Assembly (NCBI RefSeq): GCF_001194135.2
Contig: NC_068990.1
Location: 93,004,958 to 93,068,957 of the forward strand
Direction of reading: 5' to 3'
Source of the DNA: Octopus bimaculoides
Lineage: Eukaryota
DNA: 64,000 nucleotides
Within the stretch, counting starts at the first letter, position 1; the number at the start of each line of letters is the position of its first letter. The translations under genes and the position numbers were made by a program. Positions 1-13,700 of the stretch are shown piece after piece. The notes beneath the pieces were generated by a model that saw only the letters and a list, made by a program, of their open reading frames with translations, was not told the origin of the DNA and did no database searches.

Positions 1-2
1 AG

Positions 3-33
<31 letters not shown>

Positions 34-280
34 TCAAATGGACAGTATGTAAATTTCTATATGTTAATGAGCCAGGAATTTTCAATGAAGATATATCTAT
101 GTACATACATGTAGAAGTGTATATAAACTCATGACAAAGACACGAAAAAGTTTATACAAGAATTAAATGAGTATTATGTGCATGCATTTACGTTGGCTTC
201 GATGCATAAGTGTATGTATGTGTTTATATATGCTTGTATACATACACACACACATATATATATATATGTTTATGTATGCT

Positions 281-329
<49 letters not shown>

Positions 330-853
330 NNNNNNNNNNNNNNNNNNNNNNNNNNNNNNNNNNNNNNNNNNNNNNNNNNNNNNNNNNNNNNNNNNNNNNN
401 NNNNNNNNNNNNNNNNNNNNNNNNNNNNNNNNNNNNNNNNNNNNNNNNNNNNNNNNNNNNNNNNNNNNNNNNNNNNNNNNNNNNNNNNNNNNNNNNNNNN
501 NNNNNNNNNNNNNNNNNNNNNNNNNNNNNNNNNNNNNNNNNNNNNNNNNNNNNNNNNNNNNNNNNNNNNNNNNNNNNNNNNNNNNNNNNNNNNNNNNNNN
601 NNNNNNNNNNNNNNNNNNNNNNNNNNNNNNNNNNNNNNNNNNNNNNNNNNNNNNNNNNNNNNNNNNNNNNNNNNNNNNNNNNNNNNNNNNNNNNNNNNNN
701 NNNNNNNNNNNNNNNNNNNNNNNNNNNNNNNNNNNNNNNNNNNNNNNNNNNNNNNNNNNNNNNNNNNNNNNNNNNNNNNNNNNNNNNNNNNNNNNNNNNN
801 NNNNNNNNNNNNNNNNNNNNNNNNNNNNNNNNNNNNNNNNNNNNNNNNNNNNN
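330..853. other. Assembly gap, the first of about 14 N-runs. Other large gaps are near 21052-21568, 26724-27099, 33004-33785, 35648-36039 and 58832-59608.
   Basis: Runs of N, mostly flanked by (TA)n or (CA)n. They generate the long X-containing ORFs in the track. Confidence 0.99.
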
Positions 854-984
854 GCATATGTACCAGACTTGAAATAAACACCGAAGTCGACTAAACCCTC
901 CAAAGCAGTGTCCCAGAATAATCGCAGTCCAATGGCTGAAGCACAAAAAACAAAAAGACGAAGACAGGGGGTGCAGACAACAAA

Positions 985-1090
985 CATATGTCTTAGTTTA
1001 ACGCTCGGGAAGTGAAAAAGTCTTTAACGTTTCGAGCCTATGCTCTTCCACAGAAAGGGACACAGAAAGAAACAAGGAGAGAAAATAAAG
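985..1090 (-). mobile_element. PLE pseudo-LTR-like repeat with a hammerhead-like motif. Related copies lie at about 2995-3150 (+), 32170-32260 (-) and 40725-40830 (+, partial).
   Basis: Recurrent block ctttctgt(t/g)gaagagc(g/a)taggctcgaaacgttaaagactttctcacttcccgagcgttaaactaa found in both orientations. Confidence 0.7.
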
Positions 1091-1810
1091 AATATATATA
1101 CAATGTATGAAAGGCTGATATATATATATACATATATATACAATGTATGGAAGGCTGATACTAGATAAAATTGGTTTCGTATAGTCATTAAAGAATAAAT
1201 ACATATAATAATAATAATAATATTTTGCATGATATCTATTAAAATGGTGGATCTAAGTTTAGAGAATTGACCATCGTTAAAGTCAACAAATGGCAGGAAA
1301 GAGAAAGGAGAGGAAGTAAAGAAGTTAAGTTAAATGAAAATATTTTAAAAGTGTTTACAAAACATATAAAAAAATAAAGTAAAATAGACTACACATGATT
1401 TCAATAGGGAACAGACAGCTGGAGATATAAAGATTAAACTGATAGTTTTGAACAACACTTATTCAGGTTATCTCTACAGATTTCTCCATAGAAATTTTAG
1501 CCAGCACTGATTTTGTGAGGACGTTTCGTATAAGAGACGCCAAATGTAAATAAACAATGAAATCAAAGATGGAAAATGGGTAATGGACATATTTCAAGAG
1601 ATTTTTTCCTTCATCAGAGCCCATCCAACCCATTATCATCCAGGATCTCATTGTAAAATATGTATAAGTGATATATCCAATAACGTTACACCGTTAGATA
1701 TGGTGGCTATTTAAGTATTAACACACTAAAACAACACAAACAACGTAAACACACCCGTTAATATACAAACATATCACACACAAGCAAACAAATGTATATG
1801 TGTATGTATA

Positions 1811-2190
1811 GGTGCAGGCGTGGCTGTGTGGTAAGAAGCTTGCTTCACAAGCACATGGTTCCGGTTTCAGTCCCACTGCGTGGCAACTTGGGCAAGTGTT
1901 TTCTGCTATAGCCTCGGGCTGACCAAAGCCTTGTGAGTGGATTTGGTAGTCTGAAAATGAAAGAAGCCCGTTGTATATATGTATATATATATATATGTTT
2001 GTGTTTGTCCCCTCACCATCGCTTGACAACCAATGTTGGTGTGTTTTCGGCCCCGTAACTTAGCGGTTCGGCAAAAGAAATCCATACAATAAGTACTAGG
2101 CTTACAAACAATAAGTTCTGGGGTCGATTTCTTCGACTAAAGGCGGTGCTCCAGCATGGCCGCAGTCGACTGAAATAAGTAAAAAAATAA
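1811..2190 (+). mobile_element. tRNA-derived SINE, family A, near full length
   Basis: Head ggtgcaggcgtggctgtgtggtaag...ccggtttcagtccc with A/B-box-like motifs, an internal (TA/TG) tract and a 3' end ggcggtgctccagcatggccgcagtc. Matches other copies in the window. Confidence 0.9.
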
Positions 2191-2479
2191 AAACACACAC
2201 ACACATATTTAGATATATATATCTAAATACATACATAAACACATACACACATATGCACAATATAAATATAAACGTGTGTGTGTGTTTGTGTGTGTGTGTG
2301 TGTATGTGCGTCAGAGGCAAGATGATAGGTGAATGGCGATATATGTGCGTGTGTATGTATTTATGGGGTCTATGTGAGTGCGAAGATCAAAATACGTGTG
2401 GGTGTGTTTGTGTTAAGAAACTGGTGCGTGTAGATATGTGTGCGTGCGAGAGAACATATGCTGGTGTACGCAAAAGGGC

Positions 2480-2880
2480 AAGATTGGCAGAAGAAATGAG
2501 GCGTGTGTGAGAGGAAGGGGTGTGTAGATGTGGAAGCGGTGTTGTTGTGGTGAAGGCGTGCGCGCGGGTGTGACAGCAGTGTGCAGAGAAATGTAGCTTG
2601 TGGGGTATGTATGGGAGAAGCGTAGGGAAGGGAGAGTAAGAAATAGACGGAAGGGGTGTAGGGTGATGGAAAAGAGAAGAAGAAACGCTGAATTAAAAGA
2701 ACTGAGGTGGAGAATTCAGAACAAAAGGTGTGTAAGTTTGAAGCAGAAACTGAAGGCGAGTGTTGCAGGATCCAAGGGTGCCCTACGTCGATGACCGAGA
2801 AGTGTTGGATGGAGTGGTGGGTGTAGCGAAAATGTCGGGAGACAAGCGACTCTTCATTAAGCCAGATGTCTGCGCATATG
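2480..2880 (-). mobile_element. Penelope-like element remnant (GIY-YIG C-terminus plus CT-rich 3' region)
   Basis: Minus strand reads IWLNEESLVSRHFRYTHHSIQHFSV...LIQRFFF. This resembles the PLE endonuclease tail PV.RHF...HS....SV...N.RF.F. Confidence 0.5.
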
Positions 2881-3139
2881 TGTGTGCATACATACATACA
2901 CCACACATACATACACAACACATACATACATACATACATACATACATGCATAGCCGCCATGATTGACCGCTTGCCCCTACAGCTTTTTTTATTCTCTCTG
3001 TTTATTTTCTAGTGTTCCTTTCTGTTGAAGAGCGTAGGCTCGAAGCGTAAAGGGCTTTCTCACCTTACCGAGCGTTAAACTAATACACCTGTTTGTTGTT
3101 TATACACCTTTCTTCGTGTTTTGTTTTTCTGTAAATTCC

Positions 3140-3185
<46 letters not shown>

Positions 3186-4052
3186 GCATATATATCTTTA
3201 TGTGTGTATATGTATATTGTACTACATGACTACTCAGACCAACAGAAATAGTAGCAATACGTGCCTCAAGTAAACTACCATCTCAGAGAAAGATCTGAAA
3301 TAACGGATGGATATGTATGTGCAGGTATGTATAAGTACATATAACACATACACGCACACACATACCTTTACGACAGGTTTGTCTATAATTTCTACCAAAT
3401 TCATTCACAAGGCATCGATTGGTGTAGGACTGTTGTAGAAGTCACTTGTTCAAGGAGCCACGCGGTGCGACTGAACCTGAGAATACGCAGTTACGAAGCA
3501 AAGAACTTTTGCCACAAGGATAAGAATTCGATTAAAAATTTAAAAATCACCTGTGATTGCAGTTTTCTTCTTTGTACACTTAAGAATTGAGATCAGTTGC
3601 CTCAATGGTTTTAAAAACCAGCCGAGAAATCCCGGAGCAAAATTACGTCAAAATGCATTTCGTTTGAACGTTCAGAATTCCATGTTAAAGACATAATAGC
3701 TTGAAGCAATTCAGTCTCAAAGATTTAGTTGTAGATATCTCGCAGGTTATGTCTTTAGCATTATGACAGGCAACAACATTTCAAAATGTCAAAAGAATCA
3801 AAACGCCAAAAAGTCTGTCTTTGGCTTCAAAATACCAAACTATATATTTTACTTAAAAACACTAGNNNNNNNNNNNNNNNNNNNNNNNNNNNNNNNNNNN
3901 NNNNNNNNNNNNNNNNNNNNNNNNNNNNNNNNNNNNNNNNNNNNNNNNNNNNNNNNNNNNNNNNNNNNNNNNNNNNNNNNNNNNNNNNNNNNNNNNNNNN
4001 NNNNNNNNNNNNNNNNNNNNNNNNNNNNNNNNNNNNNNNNNNNNNNNNNNNN

Positions 4053-4099
<47 letters not shown>

Positions 4100-4960
4100 T
4101 TGGAGAACCTGCGTCAGTTTGTTTTGCTCTTCGGAAAGTCTAAGATTTCTAGGTTTTTGTGTGAATTCGTGTAAATGTATGTATGTATGTACGGATGGAT
4201 GTACATATGTATGTATGACGTACATGTGTATGCATGCATGCATGTATGCATGTATTTTTGTACGAGTGTATGCATGCATGCGTGTATGCGTGTATGCATG
4301 CATGCATGTATGTATGTATGTATGCATATATGTATATATGTAGATATGTATGTATGCAAAATTTCTGAATACAGTTGAAAATAGTATGAAACTGTACTGC
4401 GACGTTTGCCAAGAACGTTGCGGTGTTACTGCAGTATCAAATATAGAAACGGTTAAATTGATTAACACGAAGCATGAGTCGTATGCTCCACGCCGTCCAC
4501 ATCTTGTTCAATTTAGTGAAATAAGCAACTTCAATTAAAGATTCTGTCAGAAATTTATCGTCATCATCCGCTGGACAAGGATATGGTAATTCTTTACGAG
4601 GGGCATTTATTCAAAACTCAGGAATATAGAGCTGATTAACTTTATAAAAGCCAGTTTCTACACACACACATACACACACAAACACATACACACGTTACAT
4701 GTACGTCCCATCATGATGTCATAGGTGTAGCTAATATATGTTTATGTTATGTGGTTAATTTTATCTTATTTTCAATGATGCTGTATAAATAATACGGAAT
4801 TACATAACGTGTGTCGAGATGATGAACAAACGACCAATACTTGCATCTTATATTTTATATAAAAAAAGTCTAACCGGATATACATACACACACACATACA
4901 CACACACTATACATATAAATTATTACATACATGTATGTGTATATGTGTGTGTATGTGTGA

Positions 4961-5024
<64 letters not shown>

Positions 5025-5081
5025 GTATCAAAGTATATATAATAAAGCAGATTAATTAAATAGGAGCACAAATAATTTTAA

Positions 5082-5131
<50 letters not shown>

Positions 5132-7595
5132 CAAATGTGTGTGTTGGTGTGTGTCAATGTGTATATGTGTGTGCGTGTGTGAGTCTGTGTCTGTGTGCCT
5201 ATTGATATTGTTTTCCAATATGTCTATTTTCATAATAGTTTTTTATAACGTTCCCATTTTATTAATTATTACATCTATAGCAGTTTTATAAAAATGGCAA
5301 TATATTTACGTTTTTGGTGTGTTGGAACTTGTCGGTGTTTTAAACCAAAAATATAATTTGGCAGTTTGAAAAAAAAAAAAAAAGAAAATGGAAAAATGAA
5401 AAAGAACAAAAGCAAAAATTACAAAATATGAAATGCTTGTTTTGCTTCTCATAACGTTTTGAATTTTTCTTGTCTTTTCCTTTAATTTTTTTTTTTTGAG
5501 CTGACCCTATCTTATTGGAAAATAATATAAAAGGTATTTTACGTTTTGAGTATAAAACTAAATAATTTCCAACATAGGTCTATGCAGGATAGCGTGATCA
5601 AGAATCTCAAATCGTAGCCAGGCTGTTTCGATTACAGTNNNNNNNNNNNNNNNNNNNNNNNNNNNNNNNNNNNNNNNNNNNNNNNNNNNNNNNNNNNNNN
5701 NNNNNNNNNNNNNNNNNNNNNNNNNNNNNNNNNNNNNNNNNNNNNNNNNNNNNNNNNNNNNNNNNNNNNNNNNNNNNNNNNNNNNNNNNNNNNNNNNNNN
5801 NNNNNNNNNNNNNNNNNNNNNNNNNTATATTCCCACACACGCCAGCTTAATTTAATTTGTCCTTAGTCGAAAGACTCCTGTTGTTAATGTCCTGTTGTTT
5901 GCATTTGTAATTATTTACCATTTCTCCGTATTTTTTCCGGCCTTCTTTTCGTATACATTCGCTTGCTTTCTTCCAAAGAATCTAGTGGTCTTAGCTTAGA
6001 TTTTCTTGAGGCTGGCCAGATTAGGAATCAATAAAATACCAGTGCTATACTGTGACCGGCTTTCTCCCGTCTCTAACTCTTTCTCTTCTCTGGAAGAAAT
6101 CGGCTTTGGTCAGTCCTGGAGAAGGATGAGGTCGAATCGTTCGACCAAAATTCTTCAAAGCGGTGCTCCAGCATGACTACACCTTAAAAAATGACCAAGA
6201 CACGTTCTATGTTCTTACGACTCCATTAAAGAATTGAGACCACGGTAGAGCATAGCATAAGTATTTACACACACGCGCGCGCGCGCGCACACACACATGT
6301 ATGTATATATATATATTGTGTCTGGAAAGGGTCATTCTCTTTTATGTATGTATGTGTGTTTATGTATGAATGTGTGTGTATGCATGTTAGTGCATACATG
6401 TAAACATAATTTATTATACGTTGAAATTATTATCACCTGAAGAAGGCTGTGAAACAGCCGTAACCTTAAGGATGTTAAGTGGTTAAATAAATATATTTCC
6501 CTCTCAGGCCTCCTGACTTTTATGGTTTATATGTGTGTCTGTCTGTGTGTGTGTTTGTGCGCGCGCGTGTGTGTGTGTGTGTGTTTGTATGTACGAACGT
6601 GTTTGCTCGCATCTGAGTTTAAGTGAAAAGTGTAATGAACGAAACTCTCGGTCTTTGAGGCAATTCTGTAATTTTCTGCCAATAAAAAAGTCTTTCCAAA
6701 GTGGGCCTAATGTTTAGTTTGAGTGCAAGCTGGTCAGGACAAATGAACTTGAAAGCCTCCTGTCGTTTTATACAGATGTCTTGCAACTGTAGTATTTTCG
6801 CAGAGAGGAGAGACGAATTTATCATTTTATTTCAAACCGAAAGAATAAAAATTACGCATCGTATAAAAATCATAGCGATACCGAAGTAGACTAACGAAGA
6901 GATAACAGTTAATAATTAACATATTTAAAGTGTTCTACTTCCTGGCGAAGGGACTGATAAATATCCTAATTGCATTTTATAATGCAATCAAGTTGCAACT
7001 GTTTGATACATAAATGCTTCGTACAGAAGGATCGATATTGTAAATAAATGGTGAACATTTCGGTAACAATAAGGCTTATTAAATATGTATGTAATTTTAT
7101 ATTTAGATATACAAGAGAAGAGTACAGTCTATATTACTATTTATAGAAAAAAATGTTCAGCGAAACGCCCCTGAAACAATGTTTCGCTTTAATACACATT
7201 CGCCATGTGTATACTTACAAACACGATGAATATACAGACACAACTATATGATTATATATGCATAAATGTATAGGCGCGTATGTGAACGCAAGTGTAGTCG
7301 TGTATTTAAGGATTTCACTTCAAAAGCCAGCAGTTCAGAGTTCGATATCCCTTTACAGTTCTTTTGGTAAAAATGCGTTGTCCAATACCATGTGAATGAG
7401 AAATTTGGTTGAGAGAAACTGTACGGAAGGCCACCGTTTATACATACATACGTACATACAAAAATACCAGTATATATACCTACATACATACATACATGCC
7501 ATAATCGGGCCAACGCAAGCCTTTTGAGTGAGTAGATTTTGTTGACGGAAACTAAAAGAAGCCCGTTGTGTGTGTGTGTTTGTGTTTATGTATGC

Positions 7596-7673
<78 letters not shown>

Positions 7674-7674
<1 letters not shown>

Positions 7675-8700
7675 TAGCAAACGCACCCATCTTTGGTATA
7701 ATTTATTATAATGGCGCACTTCTTTTGACGGTTTAAGTTGAATTAGCCCGCAGTTAGAAGTCATTTCAAGTTGATAAACATAAAATGTATAATTACAAAA
7801 TTCGTCAGCAGTTTTGAACACAAATTTAGCAGCTATTAATAAACGAAAGTCCATGAAATGAGATCGTAATTGCAGTCGGCATTAGGGATCTTGCATATTA
7901 CCTGAAGCGTTTTGTAGCATGTATTTTTTTTACTCGTAATGCCTGACCCAACCGCATTGAAGCTTTTTTCAATGAAAGTCATGTATGATAAACAAAAGCA
8001 AGCATTAATGGCAAACACACAAATAGAATAATGGCATGAACACAGATAAATGTCAGAGCACGCTTACGAGCGAACAACGTGCGTGAAGTAAGAATGTTCA
8101 GTGAAGGTAATGTACTGTTAACAGCAATCATGGAAATGAAGCGAAATATCAATGAAATGTTTGCAGGAAGTCTGATTGCGAACGGCTACAGTTTGGCGTA
8201 GATCTGAATATTGCAGTAGAGGAGTAACTACTGTAGGGCTGCTTTGCAGACGACATTTTTGGTTTTTCCTTCAGGAGCATAGATGAATAAGTTGTCTGGA
8301 TGGCCAACTCTGGAACAACCGACGTAGAACTGTCCATCTGAAAAGCATGACATTCGAAGGTTCAATCCGACAACTTTCAGCGATTGACCTTATGCTTTGT
8401 TAACTGTCATGGTGAAGCTGAGTTTGAGAGGGAACTGAAGTCTCCGCATACGGTAGGGGCAGTCTGTTGGGGTCAGCAGAATTTTCAGATTAAAAACGGT
8501 ATCATTTAATATGGGCTTCAATAACGTGGTCCGTCGTTTGACCACAAGGCAAGTTCCATTGCATAGTGTGGGTGCGTTTAGATTGCGTAGTAGGATGACA
8601 AGGCAACCGACTTTTAAGTGAAGTTCATGGGGAGGGAGTCCTGGAATTCTGTTGGAAGTGTGTAACCTGATCGAGGTCGGTAACGGTGTCAACAGACCTG
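7674..8700 (-). mobile_element. Helitron remnant: 3' part of a PIF1-like helicase with a putative CTAG terminus
   Basis: Minus strand reads PGLPPHELHLKVGCLVILLRNLNAPTLCNGT...RLQFPLKLSFTMTVNKA*GQSLKVVGLNL...CFSDGQFYVGCSRVG...KTKNVVCKAALQ* (stop at 8228-8230). CTAG at 7674-7677 abuts a (TA)n tract. Confidence 0.9.
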
Positions 8701-11311
8701 TAATAACGTTCTTGAAAAGGTAGCTTACTGAATAAGTCGTAGTTAAGAGTGGTGACAGCTGCATTTGTAGGTGCAAGAACAGCCCTATGCTAACGTGCAA
8801 ATATCAGCAGTTTGCGGTGAATGGGCATTGTAAAAACTGTATAACTGTCACAACTTTGCATGAGTAAAAGCAGAGAATATAATATATGGATTAATTTCTG
8901 AAGGCATTTAAAAAAATAATTAAAAGTTGATTTAAATTGCATGGCTATCTCAAGGAAGTGCTAATGTGCAAATATCAACGGTTTACAGTGAATGGAAATT
9001 GTAAAAACTGTAGTAGAAGACGAAGTGAAAGCAGCATAACTACGTCATTAAGAGTAATGTCCCTTGAAGTAACGATCGTTGCTATTTGTTATTCACCTAT
9101 GAGAAGGTGTTTTCGTCCCCTAGGGGCGGCATTACTAATTATGTGGAAAATTTGAAGAGTGTATGACCATCTCTGGAACATAAGTGATGTACGTTCCCAG
9201 CGTGAACGAAATCAGATGAGAAATATTGATTTTAAGGGGAATCAAGAAAAAGGCCTGCACACACACACACATACACTATATATGTATATATATATATATA
9301 TATATACACTGTATATAGTTTCTGTGCATGTATATAAGTGTACTTGCGTGTGCGTCTGTGTGTATGTGTGCGTATATGCATGAAGATATATACCTGTCAA
9401 TATCGGATTACTTTCTTTTTCCCTCTTTTTCTCTCTCCTGATACACACGCACACACAAACACACACACTCGCTGTTTTCTGAAACGTTCTCTATTCTCTT
9501 GGAAGTGGTATTTTTGTTGTCTGTTTTTTTTTTACTTCTTTACATAAGGGTTTTTCATACACCTCTCTTTATAGACATATATATACACACACACACATAA
9601 ATATATGCATAGATATGTACACATACATATATTTCAAATTGAAACTTTTTGGTGTCACTCAGTGCATCTTCGCTTACAGGAATTATATATATATANNNNN
9701 NNNNNNNNNNNNNNNNNNNNNNNNNNNNNNNNNNNNNNNNNNNNNNNNNNNNNNNNNNNNNNNNNNNNNNNNNNNNNNNNATGGGTGCACGTACGTATTT
9801 GGTCGGTGTGAAATTTATTTAATAGTTTTAAAATTAAAACAAAAATCTGATGAACGGAAGAAATTGGAGGAAAGCTGATAAGTGAGAAAGGAAGGGAGAT
9901 GTATGTGAGTGTGTCTTGTGGATATAAACAGAACCATATTTTCTTCATCTCATCCATGGCTGCCTTCACATTACTTGAATATTGGTGCAGTGGAGCAGAC
10001 TTCCAGAATCTAAATTCATCATCCCACAACACAACTAGCGCTTCCCTTGACGAGTCTGTTTTCCCTTCAACACAGAATACACATTCCCCGAATTGATAGT
10101 GTTTTTATTTAAAGAAATATCATTGTTATTTGTGTTTGGCAGAGTGTAGGTTGGTATACGGTTATCAAATCGCACAGCCAAAGGGATGAGGAGATAATTT
10201 CCCTGGTTTGCAAATTGGGAACATGATCAAGCTCAGCGTGTTACTGAACCCGGGTCAGTTATGTGGCGAGACATAATGACGTAAGAATTGAAACAGCAGG
10301 GTCAGCAACGAACAAGATGTCTGCAGTATGGGAGGCAAATCTATGAATCAACTCAAAAATAAACTTTTTAGAGCATACTGACAAACGGATCTGAATGCTG
10401 GATATTTGTGAATGTAAAAGAAAACAGAGTAAATGGAACTTATATCAAAATGTTAAGGGGGATGAAGGGCGTTTCTACCGGATAGATTATTTTATGGGAA
10501 TGTACTATTATTAATAGAAAGCGTTATAGAACATAGACTTAAGTTAGTGGAACAGTGTTGGTGAAGAAAAGATTAAATCGTACGTCAGCTTATTACTAAG
10601 GGAACCGGTGTATGATAAAAGAAGAAGAGGCAATCCCTTTCGGAAACATATGTACAACAGTTGCTGTAGTATATAAACCTTGAAAAAATTGCGATGCTGA
10701 GACGATGGAGGAGACAAGTTCATGAGACATGACAGCCACCAGAGGGCAGTAGGGTTGCTTACCCGACTTAGGTCCTTTATCTGCAAATAACTAACTTGGT
10801 GAGCTGCGATACGTAACTGCACCCAGATTACAGATGTTTCTGAATAGGGACTATGGTGAGGTACAGTTCCTTTTCTGTGCCGTCGAGGAGTGTCTATATC
10901 GTCGTTCGATTTACTCGAAATAACAGCCAAAACCTCCTTCGGGTCGCATTCGATAATGGGGTGGGGTCTTTCATTTTTAGCGTTTATGATTTATTGCATA
11001 AATTTGTCGACAGGTCAGAATTGGGTACAACATGCCATAATGTGGGGGGTGGCTTCTTCGTTTTCTTTGCCGTTTTAAGATGGTTTGTGGTCTCTTCATC
11101 TTCCTCTTGCTTCTGTATCACGTGGTACATTATACTATGAAGCATATTTTTGGCTTTGATCGAGGTTGGGATAAAATCATTTCTTAAAATTTGAATAATT
11201 TATATTATTAGATTTCAACTTTAACTCAATTATTTGACTTAACTCATTAAATCTGTTTAATTAAAGATGGTACTTAACTATCTCCTTAATTTTATCATTT
11301 AATTAAATATG

Positions 11312-11344
<33 letters not shown>

Positions 11345-11750
11345 TTTATAGCTCACACATTCATTTTTAACGCATTTGTAACTCAATCTGTGCGCACGTG
11401 CGCGTATTACCGTTTGTTAGTGTGTTACATTCTGTACTCTGATACCCGGCGGTTCAATTTGTTGTGTTTATGTTTAATATCGCTAATTGTATCAACGGAA
11501 TGGTGGAAGCTGCTCTGCTCTCGTTAAAACAGTTCTCCTGTCGCTGATTTCAGACTCAGAAAGAAACCTCATCGAGGAATCCTGGTCCTGTAAAGGTCTC
11601 GGGTGAAATTCACGTTTTTTTTTTTTAGCCTTTTCGGGGAGAGTGGCGCTAGAAAGCGTTGTGGGTCTAAAAAAAGTAGTTGTTGCAGTATAGATATTTT
11701 TGATATTCTTGATGTGATGGGGGATGAAGAAAGAGAGAAGGGACGGATAG

Positions 11751-11830
<80 letters not shown>

Positions 11831-11929
11831 CATTAGCCGAAGAGTCTCCAATCAGATAGGGATCTTCAACAGGGCCGCATCATTATGATGATACACTTGT
11901 GTGGAATATAAGTAAGTGTATATCTCCCG

Positions 11930-12530
11930 GCCGCCCTTCAAACTCGAAGGGAGTTAGAAAGAGAACGGCAGTCAGGTTTATTTCTCCATTTAATTTAAAT
12001 GTTTTCACTAATCTTACTAGAAGTTCCCTAAATTTTATTAGACAGGATTTCCCAAGAACCCAAAGGTACCATAAACTCTTCACCTTTCATAATGTCAAAT
12101 TTAGCTACTCATGCTTAGATCACAAGGCTTCCTATGCTGTACAGTACAATAGAAACACCTGTAGCTGCCGAAATCCCATCAACCGCTCATTTGAAGGATC
12201 TTACCTCGTGAAAACACTTTGGTGTATAGAGCAGCCCTCACACCATCAGATGGTATGACAAGGCACAATACAGACATAGCCAATTGTTACAAGGGGAGAT
12301 TTAAGTAACACATGCAGTCATTCAAGTGCAAGAACAGGTAAAACAACTTCCACGACATCGCACGGAGCATCCTTGACAAGGTCTCTTCTTACTCATTTGG
12401 AGTTCGTAATTTTCAACTTTACATCCACGTGAAACTGCATTCACGCATATAACTATAACATTCTGCAGTATCCTTCAACAGAGAAACCAATTTCTTCTAT
12501 TGTCATTAAAACTGAGCTCTATCAATAGAC
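11930..12530 (+). mobile_element. Penelope-like retroelement remnant (RT thumb/linker and GIY-YIG endonuclease region), decayed
   Basis: Reads RKRTAVRFISPFNLNVFTNLTRSSLNFIRQDFPRTQRYHKLFTFHNVKFSYSC...CSCRNP...YRAAL. This matches the PLE pattern RKR.IIWFNPPF..NV.TN.G..FL.LI..HFP....LHK.FNRNNVKVSYSC...CNCR. Confidence 0.8.
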
Positions 12531-13019
12531 TTCAAACCATTGGCCGCTAATAACCCGGGAAGGCCGTCCTAGCCCTAGCTGGTCCATGCACAGTTACATA
12601 ATATTCACCTTCGCTTTGCCTGTAGTGAAACCACGCAGTGATACTCAACACACAAACTCGTATGTAACTGTTGTCGCTGGAATGTCAAAACCTGGTAGCA
12701 ATAGTAGAGATTTGCTGATATAGAGCTTTATTGTCCAGTGAGTGACTTCGTTTCTGATATGGTGATAGTGATACTGGCCGTTTTCGGCCTACAACCAAAA
12801 CCTGAGGCGTAAGCTTTCTTTTGTCTATTTCAAAACTCGCGACTGATAGAAAACCCTTCTCTTTATGTTTTCATATTTGAATGAGTTATGGCTTGTATGA
12901 TTGGAATTTTAGTATATCACTAGTATATATATAATAAGCTGACCTACCAACTTTTATTCTGGATTGAAGGGGGTGGCTGTAACAGTACTTTGAACACACC
13001 CTGCTAAACATTGCTCGTC

Positions 13020-13700
13020 TCGACAGAATGCTGCCGAGACGTTTGGAATCTCGCCAAGCAATAAAGTTTTGTGTTAAACTGGGCAAAAACGCTACAAAAA
13101 CTTATGAAATGCTCCAGACAGGTCATGAATTAACTTGTCTGAGCCGAGCATCTGTTTTTCGCTGGCAGAAGGGGTTCAAGGACGGTAAAGAGGAGATGAA
13201 AGACAATGAGTGGTGCGGGAGGAAAAGGAACATCAAAACATCAAAGCTAGTTGAGAAATTTTTGCAATTTTCTGGATAAAGACCGTCGTCTGTTTATAAA
13301 AACAATAAATAGACAGTTTGGCGTTGGTGTAGCAATTGTACATGGAAATCTAAACATGGAGCTCGAAATTTATGCAAAGTTTGTTCCTAGGTTGCTCAGT
13401 GACGAATAGAAAAAAAAATGATGCGTTGGTGACAGCAGGGACATGGTCGAGTGTATGAACCTTCAAACCAAGAGTACTCGATTCTCCGATGACCTGTGAC
13501 GAAAGTGGATCTACTGTTAAGATCCAGAGATCAAGAGAATTTTACATTCAGTGTGACGCTTTTCCTCAACGCTTTCAGACGAACTTTCAGCATTTGTAGT
13601 CGTAGGTCGTTTTGTATTCATTGGTGCATAAAATTGTGTGAGCAACATACAATTGGAATACGAATGAGTGAGGATTGAAGTGTCTTGCGTTCCCTCGTCA
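13020..13700 (+). mobile_element. mariner transposase pseudogene (HTH region to first catalytic D)
   Basis: Reads LESRQAIKFCVKLGKNATKTYEML...SRASVFRWQKGFKDGKE. Frameshifted continuation gives AKFVPRLLSDE and a degraded TCDES/W-like motif. Confidence 0.88.

Noticed and set aside
163-987. Long X-containing ORFs, here and at every N-gap
   Set aside because: They are produced by N-runs and (TA)n/(CA)n, which lack stop codons.
1575-1620. Minus-strand CUGAUGA...GAAAUAUGUC hammerhead candidate
   Set aside because: Helix I does not pair in register with the core, so it is too degenerate to call.
9880-11000. Unique-looking ORFs (9655-10032 and 10544-10930, minus strand)
   Set aside because: No recognisable motifs or consistent splice sites. 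Possibly old LINE debris, left unresolved.
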